Positions 39,660-48,359 of a stretch of 64,000 bases of DNA are shown piece after piece. The stretch covers positions 64,001 through 128,000 of IMG/VR virus record IMGVR_UViG_3300030104_002421, one strand, 5' to 3'. Below the pieces are notes generated by a model that was given only the letters and a program-made list of their open reading frames with translations, was not told the DNA's origin and searched no databases. The position numbers and the translations under genes are program-made. Origin of the DNA: a virus. The first letter of the stretch is position 1. Every line of letters begins with the position of its first letter.

Positions 39660-40406
39660 ATGAACGAAATACAAACTATATCTAACTGGATAAAAGACTA
39701 CGCCACTAAAGCCAAAAAAACAACATTAGTTGTAGGTGTATCAGGTGGTATAGATAGTGCCGTGGTATCAACCTTATGTGCAAAAACAGGACTTAAAACT
39801 ATACCTATGGTCATGTCAATTGGCAACAAAGACATATTAGGTTTAGAACATGCCTGGTGGTTAGATGAAAACTTTCCTAACATTAGTAGAAGAATTATCA
39901 ACATGGAAAAAATATTCCATGAATTTGAAAAAGCAAGTATGTATATTAATGCTGCCAATAAATTGGCATTTGCCAATACAAAAGCAAGATTACGAATGAC
40001 TATGTTATATCAAATGGCACAATCTGAAAATGGTCTTGTGGTGGGTACAGGAAATAAAGTAGAAGATTTTGGTGTAGGTTTCTATACAAAATATGGTGAT
40101 GGTGGTGTAGATATATCACCTATTGCAGATTTCTATAAGAGTGAAGTCAGACAAATGGGTGTAGAGTTAGGTGTATTAGAAAAGATTATAGAAGCAAAAC
40201 CTACAGATGGTTTATGGGAAGATGGTAGAACAGACGAAGACCAATTAGGTATGAGTTATGAAGAAATAGAAAAGGCAATGAAACAAGATGAAACCCATAC
40301 AATCGTTACAATAAAAAAAGATATTAATAAGTTGAATACATATAGAGAAATAAGAAAAGCGAATTTACATAAAATGGTACCAATACCGGTATACAGGAGG
40401 AAATAA
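39660..40406 (+). CDS. nadE: NH3-dependent NAD+ synthetase
   Basis: SGGIDS, N.KARLRM, GTGNKVE, GFYTKYGDGGVD, TDEDQLG. Confidence 0.92.
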   Translation: MNEIQTISNWIKDYATKAKKTTLVVGVSGGIDSAVVSTLCAKTGLKTIPMVMSIGNKDILGLEHAWWLDENFPNISRRIINMEKIFHEFEKASMYINAANKLAFANTKARLRMTMLYQMAQSENGLVVGTGNKVEDFGVGFYTKYGDGGVDISPIADFYKSEVRQMGVELGVLEKIIEAKPTDGLWEDGRTDEDQLGMSYEEIEKAMKQDETHTIVTIKKDINKLNTYREIRKANLHKMVPIPVYRRK

Positions 40407-41569
40407 TGAAAGTAGGATTTATAGGTTTAGGTAAACTTGGCAGAGACGCTGCTGAAGTGTTAGCTGAAAAACATGATGTTGTAGGATATGATTTAGATAT
40501 TTTAAATATAGATACAACAGTTACCAAAGCAACACAATTAAAATATGCTTGTGAAAATAGAGACATAGTTTTAGTTGCAGTACAAACGCCACATCATCCT
40601 GATTATGATGGTAAAGAACCTACAAGTCATTTGCCACCTAAAGATTTTGATTATTCACATATTACTAAAGCAGTAAAAGATGTAGATGATTGTATAGATG
40701 AAGGTACATTGATTGCAGTTATATCAACAATGTTACCTGGTACAGTAAGACGAGAAATAGAACCATTAGTTAAAAGAGGAAAGTTTATATACAATCCTTA
40801 TTTGATTGCTCAAGGTACTGTAAAGTGGGACATGAAAAATCCTGAAATGATTATGATAGGTACAGAAAATGGTTATAAGAGTAGAGAAGTAAAAGCATTA
40901 AGAGACTTATACGACCCTATACTAGAAAAAGAAAATACAAGATATGAAATAGGTACATGGGAAGAAATAGAAGCATTGAAAGTTTTTTATAATACTTTTA
41001 TTTCTACTAAACTTGCATTGGTTAATATGATACAAGATGTGGCAGAAAATATAGGTCATATGAATGTAGATGTGGTAACAAATGCATTAAAAGATAGTAC
41101 ACAAAGAATTATGGGACCTAGTTATATGAAAGCAGGTTTTGGTGATGGTGGTGGTTGCCATCCTAGAGATAATATTGCTTTACGAGTATTGAACGAAAGA
41201 TATAAATTAGGTTATGATTTGTTTGATAGTATTATGAAAGCAAGAGAAGAACAAGCGGCAAACATGGCAAGATATTGTTTGAAGTATCAAATGCCTGTAG
41301 TAATTTTAGGTAAAGCATTTAAACCTGGTATTGACCAAACAGCAGGAAGTCCTTCTATGTTAGTTGGTTGGTATATTGAAAAACTAGGTAGTCAAAAAGT
41401 TTACTATGATAAAATACCAGACGGCAAAGCATATACTATTCTTATACACGATAAAGGTTTAATACCTGAAACATGGGATAATCCTGGTAGTTGTATTATA
41501 GACCCTTATAGAGAATTAGGACCTGTAAAAAATCATACGGTGAAACACTATGGTAACACAAACAGATAG
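40406..41569 (+). CDS. UDP-glucose/GDP-mannose dehydrogenase family
   Basis: GLGKLG, AVQTP, ST..PGT, K.FYN, GDGGGCHPRD, AFKPG. Confidence 0.88.
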   Translation: MKVGFIGLGKLGRDAAEVLAEKHDVVGYDLDILNIDTTVTKATQLKYACENRDIVLVAVQTPHHPDYDGKEPTSHLPPKDFDYSHITKAVKDVDDCIDEGTLIAVISTMLPGTVRREIEPLVKRGKFIYNPYLIAQGTVKWDMKNPEMIMIGTENGYKSREVKALRDLYDPILEKENTRYEIGTWEEIEALKVFYNTFISTKLALVNMIQDVAENIGHMNVDVVTNALKDSTQRIMGPSYMKAGFGDGGGCHPRDNIALRVLNERYKLGYDLFDSIMKAREEQAANMARYCLKYQMPVVILGKAFKPGIDQTAGSPSMLVGWYIEKLGSQKVYYDKIPDGKAYTILIHDKGLIPETWDNPGSCIIDPYRELGPVKNHTVKHYGNTNR

Positions 41570-42038
41570 AAGACTTGGTACAAATGTACTAGTGCAAGTA
41601 GTTAATCTGTGGCAAACAATACCACAAGACATTGTAAATTCACAAAGAGGTATACAAGAAGCATATAATGCCTATATTGAATATCTAAATGTACGATTGA
41701 ATATGGTACGAGATAGAGAGTGGAAGGTAAATCTTTCTATAGAACAACATGGCGAGACGGAAGATAGATGGTTAAATCAACCATTCTTTCAAATTAAACC
41801 AGGTGATACACAAAGAAAATTTATACCAGCAGATGAATTAAAGTCATATGATAGAATTGTTATCTGTGGGTTGTGGTTAAAAGAACAAGTATTAGACGAG
41901 TTCTTAAAGATAAAAAAAGTCAATGTTAATACTTTCATTGCACCAACACTATGTTTTCCACAAAAGTGGGGATATGATAAACATGTTGAGAAACATTTTC
42001 ATCAACGAGTGTTGGCAAACGATTACATGTACCTATGA
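41550..42038 (+). CDS. Hypothetical protein
   Basis: 162-aa coupled ORF. Confidence 0.5.
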   Translation: MVTQTDRRLGTNVLVQVVNLWQTIPQDIVNSQRGIQEAYNAYIEYLNVRLNMVRDREWKVNLSIEQHGETEDRWLNQPFFQIKPGDTQRKFIPADELKSYDRIVICGLWLKEQVLDEFLKIKKVNVNTFIAPTLCFPQKWGYDKHVEKHFHQRVLANDYMYL

Positions 42039-42667
42039 TATTTGGCGTACCATACTGGAAATATAAGATTGACCCAAAACAATTTTCAGCTGACATATTG
42101 AAGGATATAGAGTATAATTATTCTGTTGATAAAGATAGAAATAAATGGGATAAAAAATCTTATGTCAATAGTAACTTACATCATAGTAATAGAGATAGAG
42201 GCAATAGTAAGTTTAGAGAAATACAATACAAATCAGTTGTTCCTCTTTACAATAATATATTCAATAGATTTGTTAAAGAGTTGGAACTTACAGGTAGTTT
42301 TGATTACACATTTCAGATAACTAACTATACTGCTATGACAAGTGGTCAATATATGAGAGCACATAATCATATTGGCGATAGTGATTTTACTTGTATTCAT
42401 TATTTAAAGTTTAATAAAGACAAACACCAATCAACAGTATTTCACAATTCACATCATTGGGCAAGAGACTATCAATATTTACGACCAGAGTTTTATAAAA
42501 GACTAGACATAAGAAACGAAAAACATAGTTATCTATTACAATACTTTCAAGTTCCTACTGAACAAGGAGATTTTATTATAACGCCATCAAGTGTGGTACA
42601 CGAAGTTCCTACCTTCAATTCTGATGAATTAAGGGTTACCCTTGTCGTAAATCTTCAAATTAAGTAG
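42035..42667 (+). CDS. Putative 2OG-Fe(II) oxygenase
   Basis: HNH..CIHY, GD.II.PS..HEV, RVTLVVN. Confidence 0.8.
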   Translation: MIFGVPYWKYKIDPKQFSADILKDIEYNYSVDKDRNKWDKKSYVNSNLHHSNRDRGNSKFREIQYKSVVPLYNNIFNRFVKELELTGSFDYTFQITNYTAMTSGQYMRAHNHIGDSDFTCIHYLKFNKDKHQSTVFHNSHHWARDYQYLRPEFYKRLDIRNEKHSYLLQYFQVPTEQGDFIITPSSVVHEVPTFNSDELRVTLVVNLQIK

Positions 42668-42681
42668 AACAAAAAGAGAAC
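42667..42681 (+). promoter_or_regulatory. Alphaproteobacterial-type LexA (SOS) box
   Basis: GAAC-aaaaaga-GAAC, i.e. GAAC-N7-GAAC. Confidence 0.5.
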
Positions 42682-42693
42682 AAAAGTGTGCAG

Positions 42694-42789
42694 AATGTCG
42701 CACCTACGCTAAACCATTGAAAAATAACACTTTTAATTTCACTTTTTTAACCTTTTTTTGTTGACTTTTGCTTCATTTTAGTCTATAAC
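42694..42789 (+). promoter_or_regulatory. Composite early promoter, copy 1
   Basis: AATGTCGCACCT..CTAAA.TTGAAA.ATAAC, T-tract, TTGACT-N17-TATAAC; same layout at 48235. Confidence 0.7.
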
Positions 42790-42796
42790 TATAGAT

Positions 42797-42895
42797 ATGA
42801 TAAAAAAAATTATATTAACTTACATTGCTTTAGCAGTTCTAACTCTGCTATTTTTCTACCAGTTAGACCAACAATTAATGATGAGTGCTGTCTAA
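42797..42895 (+). CDS. 32-aa membrane peptide, probably leaderless (not in ORF track)
   Basis: MIKKIILTYIALAVLTLLFFYQLDQQLMMSAV; ATG 7 nt after the -10; TAATG coupling. Confidence 0.5.
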   Translation: MIKKIILTYIALAVLTLLFFYQLDQQLMMSAV

Positions 42896-43284
42896 TGTTT
42901 CATATTGTATATACTAGACACCTACATGACCGTGAAGACTATGGGTCTTTTGACAATACCTGGACAGTTTTACGAAATGTACCTTACAGTAGAATTAGTG
43001 AGTTTACTAAAGATAAACTTATTGAAATGGCGTCAGATTGTGATATCAAATATAAAGCATATATTGATAATACTTATTCTCAATTAGAACAATCTAATTG
43101 GGACAAAGACCAATGTTACGCTACAGAATGTTGTATTATAGATGACGCTGAATATTTCTTTACTTATAAAGACGCTTATCCTGATACTTATATTCCAACA
43201 GCGATTGACGAAAAAGAAGACTATTTATATAACTATGGACAAATGAGTAAGTTCATGGTACAACATGATTATGGGAGAGAATAA
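42895..43284 (+). CDS. Hypothetical early protein
   Basis: Coupled acidic ORF. Confidence 0.55.
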   Translation: MFHIVYTRHLHDREDYGSFDNTWTVLRNVPYSRISEFTKDKLIEMASDCDIKYKAYIDNTYSQLEQSNWDKDQCYATECCIIDDAEYFFTYKDAYPDTYIPTAIDEKEDYLYNYGQMSKFMVQHDYGRE

Positions 43285-43511
43285 TGATTGACGATATTAA
43301 ATTGATTGAAAGAATGGACAAACTTATAGAGTTAGGTGAAGATCCAAACTATACTGCTGAACAAAACTTAATGTATGTTATGGGTGCTTGTCGTGGCATA
43401 CAAAGAAATGCTGAGAGAAGAATTGAAGAACATGAAAAAGCATATGCACCAAAACCATTAAAAAGAGGCACAGGTTTAAGTGGTGTAAGAGGGCGAGGTT
43501 TAAATGCCTAA
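43284..43511 (+). CDS. Hypothetical early protein
   Basis: RBS GGAG; coupled. Confidence 0.55.
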   Translation: MIDDIKLIERMDKLIELGEDPNYTAEQNLMYVMGACRGIQRNAERRIEEHEKAYAPKPLKRGTGLSGVRGRGLNA

Positions 43512-43725
43512 TTTTGATTACGACCAATTTATGAAAACAGATATAGTAAACTATGACGACCTAGATAGCGCTGTTAGACAAGTAATCACAGACGCTTTTA
43601 CGAAAATGGAGAATGCTATTGACCATTTTAATGAGAAAAACCAAGATGATATAGAAGTAGATACTGTTGATTTATCTAGTAAATTTGACAGTATATATGA
43701 CTATGTTGACGATTATATAGATTAG
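43504..43725 (+). CDS. Very acidic small protein
   Basis: Asp-rich 73 aa; RBS GAGG. Confidence 0.55.
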   Translation: MPNFDYDQFMKTDIVNYDDLDSAVRQVITDAFTKMENAIDHFNEKNQDDIEVDTVDLSSKFDSIYDYVDDYID

Positions 43726-43727
43726 GC

Positions 43728-43756
43728 TTGACATTTATATCAAAATATGATAGGAT
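43728..43756 (+). promoter_or_regulatory. Sigma70-type promoter (leaderless start at 43764)
   Basis: TTGACA-N17-TAGGAT, ATG 7 nt downstream. Confidence 0.7.
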
Positions 43757-43763
43757 ACAGACA

Positions 43764-44126
43764 ATGGCATTAATTTATACACATAACAGTTCACCAAGAC
43801 GCTTCAAGCGTGTTGTAAAGAACAAGAAATATTATGAAGCGCTTGCTGAGAGAGACAAGTTATTGAGACGATTAGGTATTGACCCCAACAGAAAGATACC
43901 AAAATACAGACCAGAGAAAATGAAAATACATACTGCCCCTGTGGCTCAATTGGTAGAGCAGACGATTTGTAATCGTCAGGTTGCAAGTTCAAGTCCTGCC
44001 GGGGGCACCAAACCTGTTTCTAATTGGCGATTAGAAGAAAGCAAAAAGTTTACTGTAGCACCTGCTTATAATAAAGGTGCATATCAAGTAATAACAAAAG
44101 AAAACATAAAGGATATAGGCAAATGA
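43764..44126 (+). CDS. Conserved phage protein (PAYNKG motif) containing an in-frame tRNA
   Basis: Open frame through the tRNA; C-terminal TVAPAYNKGAYQVI..DIGK; stop coupled to the next gene. Confidence 0.7.
   Translation: MALIYTHNSSPRRFKRVVKNKKYYEALAERDKLLRRLGIDPNRKIPKYRPEKMKIHTAPVAQLVEQTICNRQVASSSPAGGTKPVSNWRLEESKKFTVAPAYNKGAYQVITKENIKDIGK
43935..44010 (+). tRNA. tRNA-Thr(UGU) with encoded CCA
   Basis: Acceptor GCCCCTG/CGGGGGC, D stem GCTC/GAGC, anticodon stem GACGA/TCGTC with loop TT-TGT-AA, T loop TTCAAGT, ACCA end; 76 nt; one T-stem mismatch. Confidence 0.93.
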
Positions 44127-44437
44127 TTAGAATATTAACAATAGTATCTCTTATTGCATGGGGTGTATTTTTTTATACGAGTGCAAAAGCAAATGAATAT
44201 ACAGAAGCAGTTGTTGGTCATGTTATACAAAACCATGATAAGATTGACCATAGTGCTTTGTTACAAGCAGAGTTAACAAGACTAGCACATAGAAATAGTA
44301 TTGACTTAATAAACATTTTACAAGATTATCTCCCTGCTATACTTGATGGTATAGCGGCGGATTTAAGACAAAAATCAGACTTGGAGTATAAGTGCTCACT
44401 TCAACCTGATAATTATAAAAACAACGAGTGCAAATAG
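44123..44437 (+). CDS. Secreted hypothetical protein
   Basis: Signal peptide ending AKA; C-terminal Cys pair. Confidence 0.6.
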   Translation: MIRILTIVSLIAWGVFFYTSAKANEYTEAVVGHVIQNHDKIDHSALLQAELTRLAHRNSIDLINILQDYLPAILDGIAADLRQKSDLEYKCSLQPDNYKNNECK

Positions 44438-44447
44438 AGGATAGATT

Positions 44448-44753
44448 ATGGCGAAAATGAATAAACAAGCAATGATGGAAAATATGTTAACCATGCCGGA
44501 TATTATGAAAGAGTTTCATACTTATAAAACTGGCAAACAAAAGGCAAAATATTTAAGAGAAATGGGTACATTAAATTTACCACATGCTGTTAATTGGGAA
44601 AATTTAGCACAATGTTGGGAAGGCACGAAAAAGTGGCCAGCAAAGAAAACTATGGATGAAGATGATACTATACTAAAAGATTATCTGGATCCTGTAGGTG
44701 AAACAAATGCAGAAAAATCATTAACCATGCAGGAATTGGATGCGCTACTTTAG
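44448..44753 (+). CDS. Hypothetical protein
   Basis: RBS GAGG; 101 aa. Confidence 0.55.
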   Translation: MAKMNKQAMMENMLTMPDIMKEFHTYKTGKQKAKYLREMGTLNLPHAVNWENLAQCWEGTKKWPAKKTMDEDDTILKDYLDPVGETNAEKSLTMQELDALL

Positions 44754-45084
44754 TATACCATTATTATTTCTGACAATTGGGTGTGGTTCTATGAGTGATA
44801 GAACAATACATGCTACTGCTTTTGTTGACCATTTGAACAATATGCCATCAGGTAAATCTAGTTATTTACTATGGCATAATCCAAATACAGGTAACAAAGG
44901 CGATATCAAAGTTACGAGAAGTTATCTAGTAAAAGGTATCAAATGTGCCGACTATACAAGTACAGTTGATATACAAGATAGCTGGCCTTTGAATGGTATA
45001 GGTTCTTTAGATAGAAGTACGGAACATGGTACAGCATGTCAATTACCAGACGGTAGATGGAAGATTATAGAGAGGGTATTATGA
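44740..45084 (+). CDS. Lipoprotein, 17-kDa surface-antigen-like domain
   Basis: Lipobox IG-C; W.NPNTGNKG, C..Y, GTACQLPDGRW. Confidence 0.75.
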   Translation: MRYFSIPLLFLTIGCGSMSDRTIHATAFVDHLNNMPSGKSSYLLWHNPNTGNKGDIKVTRSYLVKGIKCADYTSTVDIQDSWPLNGIGSLDRSTEHGTACQLPDGRWKIIERVL

Positions 45085-45413
45085 AACAACCAGGTCCAGG
45101 TGTAGCATTGTTATTAACTATAACATTGATACTTGCAATTCTTATGTTTAGTTATAAAGCAGAAGGTAAAGAAAATCTACATTGTGTTATAGAAGTTATC
45201 TATGATGAAAGTTTAGAAAACGAAGTAAGTAGAAGAATGATATGTAGAGACGGAGAAATTCCAGGTCAACCTGGGTATTGGCAGTTATTTGCTGCCTTTT
45301 ATTATAATGGTGTTAGTGTGCCTGAATACTGCCGTTATGTTAAAGGAGATAATCTTTTTAGAATACCTAACAAGATATGTCTAAACGAAGATGGCACATG
45401 GAGGGACGGATGA
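45081..45413 (+). CDS. Secreted Cys-containing hypothetical protein
   Basis: Signal peptide; four Cys; C..EDGTW. Confidence 0.55.
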   Translation: MKQPGPGVALLLTITLILAILMFSYKAEGKENLHCVIEVIYDESLENEVSRRMICRDGEIPGQPGYWQLFAAFYYNGVSVPEYCRYVKGDNLFRIPNKICLNEDGTWRDG

Positions 45414-45526
45414 TTAAAATAATTTTTGGTATGATAATAGGTGGGTTTATCGTTTATCATAATCCAGACATAGGGATTGATATAGTCAATTTCTTTATTA
45501 ACTTTTTAAAGGAGGTATTACAATGA
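45410..45526 (+). CDS. 38-aa membrane peptide (not in ORF track)
   Basis: MIKIIFGMIIGGFIVYHNPDIG...; ATGA overlaps at both ends. Confidence 0.5.
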   Translation: MIKIIFGMIIGGFIVYHNPDIGIDIVNFFINFLKEVLQ

Positions 45527-46119
45527 AAAATATAATGCTTATAATACTAATCTCCTTCTTAACGATTAGCTGTGCTAAGACAGTTAAAATTGAACACGAA
45601 GGAGAAACCAAATCAGGTATGCTTGAAGAAGTACCAAAATGGTTTGTTGAGAAAGAAGGCAATAAAGGTCTTCTAAACAAAAAGGATAAGTTCTACCTAT
45701 ACGGTGTAGGTGTTGCAACAAGTCCTGATTTACAGTTAGCAATGGACAAAGCAACCATGATTGCAAAAGCAGATTTAGCTGATGTATTGCATGGCGAAAT
45801 GAACAAGAATGCTAATGTGTTTATACAAGAAATAGGACAGGACGGTAATACTGTTGTTTCATCAGAAGCACAATCTACGATTGTTAACATGATTAAACAG
45901 ACCAAAGTTCAAGGTTGGGAACAATGGAAGATAGCAATATCTATTACATCTAACAATCACTATAGAGTGTATATGGGACTTCAATTACCACTTGGCGAAT
46001 ACAACAAGTTAGAAGAATTAATCCGTGCTGAAGCAAAGAAACAAATTATAAATAGTGATATAGCAAAGAACAATGCTAAAACCGCTATAGATGAATTGAC
46101 GGCGGTAGCAACGGAGTAA
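45523..46119 (+). CDS. LPP20-like lipoprotein
   Basis: Lipobox IS-C; VPKWF, YGVG.A.S.DLQLA..KA...AK..LA. Confidence 0.7.
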   Translation: MKNIMLIILISFLTISCAKTVKIEHEGETKSGMLEEVPKWFVEKEGNKGLLNKKDKFYLYGVGVATSPDLQLAMDKATMIAKADLADVLHGEMNKNANVFIQEIGQDGNTVVSSEAQSTIVNMIKQTKVQGWEQWKIAISITSNNHYRVYMGLQLPLGEYNKLEELIRAEAKKQIINSDIAKNNAKTAIDELTAVATE

Positions 46120-46122
46120 ACA

Positions 46123-46422
46123 ATGTATAAAGTATTCACTAAACCTAATTGTGTATTTTGTGATAGAGCAAAAGCATTATTAGATAAACTAGATATCTCA
46201 TATGAGACCTACGGTTTAGGTGAACATTATGAAGGTGGTGACGGTAAATATTCTGTCACCATAGACCAAATGTTTGAAATGATAGGTAAACAAGTTAGGT
46301 CAATGCCACAAATAATGATAGATGATAAACTGATAGGTGGTTATACAGATTTAAGAGAATATCTAATAAATCAAGGAAAGATTAACTTTTCTGGAGAAAT
46401 CGTTGAAACCAAAGAAAAATAG
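46123..46422 (+). CDS. nrdC: Glutaredoxin
   Basis: CVFC, SMPQI, IGGYTDL. Confidence 0.88.
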   Translation: MYKVFTKPNCVFCDRAKALLDKLDISYETYGLGEHYEGGDGKYSVTIDQMFEMIGKQVRSMPQIMIDDKLIGGYTDLREYLINQGKINFSGEIVETKEK

Positions 46423-46470
46423 ATTGGTGTACCAACCCAGGACGGACAAAACCAAAGCGAGTGTAGTGTT

Positions 46471-46929
46471 ATGACAGCGAAAATATACGCTTTTCCAAGC
46501 GGAAAACAGATACCAGCTCTGACTAAAGAGCAAAGAGAACCTGTTAAAAAAAGAATAGCAGACCAGCAGACTAAAAAATATGCTGACGCTGTAGCAGACG
46601 ATATTATGATACAAATGATTGGCACATTACAACATGAAGGTATGAATATAGGTAAAATTGATAAAGATGGACAAAAAACATTTTTAGATGTAGGTATATT
46701 CATGGAAGCATTTAGAGGTTTAATCTATAGAGAATTAGATTTAAAGCACCCTTTTCATTATGTTACTGATAAGATGATGTATGTAGAACAACAAAAAGAT
46801 AAAAAGTATTCTGTAATAGACTATTCAGGTAAAGAGATAGTTGAAAAACAAGAAGACATGGAAATTCAATTTGAAGGTGAGGAAATAGATAATGATATTG
46901 ATAGATTACAGCCAGATAGCGATAAGTAA
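46471..46929 (+). CDS. Conserved hypothetical protein
   Basis: IYAFP N-terminus, HPFH; precedes rnh. Confidence 0.6.
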   Translation: MTAKIYAFPSGKQIPALTKEQREPVKKRIADQQTKKYADAVADDIMIQMIGTLQHEGMNIGKIDKDGQKTFLDVGIFMEAFRGLIYRELDLKHPFHYVTDKMMYVEQQKDKKYSVIDYSGKEIVEKQEDMEIQFEGEEIDNDIDRLQPDSDK

Positions 46930-47758
46930 TATCGCTGTACAATTGGCAATGAGTAAGGACAAAAATGTCCTATCTCCGTCAATGGTACGCCATATGGTAC
47001 TTAACTCTATAAGAGGATTTGTACATAGGTTTAAAAACGATTATCCAGGCGAAGTAGTATTATGTATTGATGGTCCTGCACCATGGCGTAGAGATATCTT
47101 TGAACACTACAAAGCAAAGCGTAGAGAAGGTAGAGACGAAAGCGCCACAGATTGGGAAACTGTATTTGGTCTTATTCATACAATCAAAGAAGAAATAAAA
47201 GATAATTTTCCATACAAAGTAGTTCAATTAGATAATGTTGAAGCAGACGATATTATTGCTGTGGTATGTAAGAAAGAACATAAACAAAAAATTCTTATCA
47301 TATCAGGTGATAAAGACTTTCAACAATTACAAAAATATCCTAACATTACCCAATATGCACCTATTCAGAAAAAATTTATTGAAACTGAAAATCCACAAGA
47401 GTATATTTGGGAACATATTTTACGAGGTGATACATCTGATGGTATTCCTAATTTCTTATCACCAGACGATACTTTTGTTAACAAGATAAAACAAAAACCC
47501 ATTATGAAAAAGAAGTTACAATACTGGATTGAAACATTGATGAAAGGTGGTGACGCTAAAGATTTTTGTAACGAATATCATTTAAGAAATTTCCAAAGAA
47601 ACCAAAGACTAATAGATTTTGATTTCATACCAGACGAAAAGGAAGATGATATATATAATACATTTAAGAATACTACTGTTGCAAGTCGTGGCAGTATTTT
47701 AACATATCTAATTAACAATGATTTAAAAGAGTTAATTGGAAAAATAGAGGAGTTTTAA
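46892..47758 (+). CDS. rnh: T4-type RNase H (5'-3' exonuclease)
   Basis: ILID, WRR..F.HYKA.R, EADD, SGDKDF, GDTSDGIPN. Confidence 0.95.
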   Translation: MILIDYSQIAISNIAVQLAMSKDKNVLSPSMVRHMVLNSIRGFVHRFKNDYPGEVVLCIDGPAPWRRDIFEHYKAKRREGRDESATDWETVFGLIHTIKEEIKDNFPYKVVQLDNVEADDIIAVVCKKEHKQKILIISGDKDFQQLQKYPNITQYAPIQKKFIETENPQEYIWEHILRGDTSDGIPNFLSPDDTFVNKIKQKPIMKKKLQYWIETLMKGGDAKDFCNEYHLRNFQRNQRLIDFDFIPDEKEDDIYNTFKNTTVASRGSILTYLINNDLKELIGKIEEF

Positions 47759-47759
47759 A

Positions 47760-48224
47760 ATGGCAGTAAATGACGCTACCTATAATTTATCTTACCATGA
47801 GATATTAATGAAAGTTAATAATAAGAAAGATAAAGCAGGTAAACTAGAAGTATTAAGAAAATACGATACTGAACAATTAAGAATGTTTTTAAAGGGTAGT
47901 TTTGACCCTAACTGTGAGTGGTTATTACCAGAAGGCGCACCACCATATAAAGTGAACGAAGCGCCACTTGGCACAGAGCATAACTGGTTAAAGATGGAAG
48001 TTAAAAGGATGTTTCACTTACTTAAAGGTGGCAATCCACAGTTAAATCAAATAAAAAGAGATAACATGTTTATTCAAATGTTAGAAGGTTTAAGCGCTGA
48101 AGAAGCACAATTACTAATTGACGCTAAAGACGGTCTCCTGAACAAGAAATACAAGGGATTAACAGCAAATTTAATCAAGGAAGCATTTGGTTGGGACGAT
48201 AATTTCATGCGGAAGAACAATTAA
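47760..48224 (+). CDS. Conserved T4-like hypothetical protein (DUF6433-like)
   Basis: LPEGAPPY, RDNMFIQMLEGL..EA. Confidence 0.7.
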   Translation: MAVNDATYNLSYHEILMKVNNKKDKAGKLEVLRKYDTEQLRMFLKGSFDPNCEWLLPEGAPPYKVNEAPLGTEHNWLKMEVKRMFHLLKGGNPQLNQIKRDNMFIQMLEGLSAEEAQLLIDAKDGLLNKKYKGLTANLIKEAFGWDDNFMRKNN

Positions 48225-48234
48225 TTGTTGACAA

Positions 48235-48330
48235 AATGTCGCACCTCCACTAAAGTGTTGAAATATAACGCTTTTTTCTTTGATATTTATGGTCTTTTTT
48301 GTTGACAAATCGCTGTTTTTAGTCTATAGT
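48235..48330 (+). promoter_or_regulatory. Composite early promoter, copy 2
   Basis: AATGTCGCACCT 67 bp upstream of TTGACA-N17-TATAGT, the same spacing as copy 1. Confidence 0.7.
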
Positions 48331-48359
48331 ATACCTATAATTAACAAAAAGGATACATT

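Noticed and set aside
48216-48229. 14-bp palindrome AACAATTAATTGTT
   Set aside because: AT-rich, single occurrence, overlapping a stop codon, and absent from the sister promoter.
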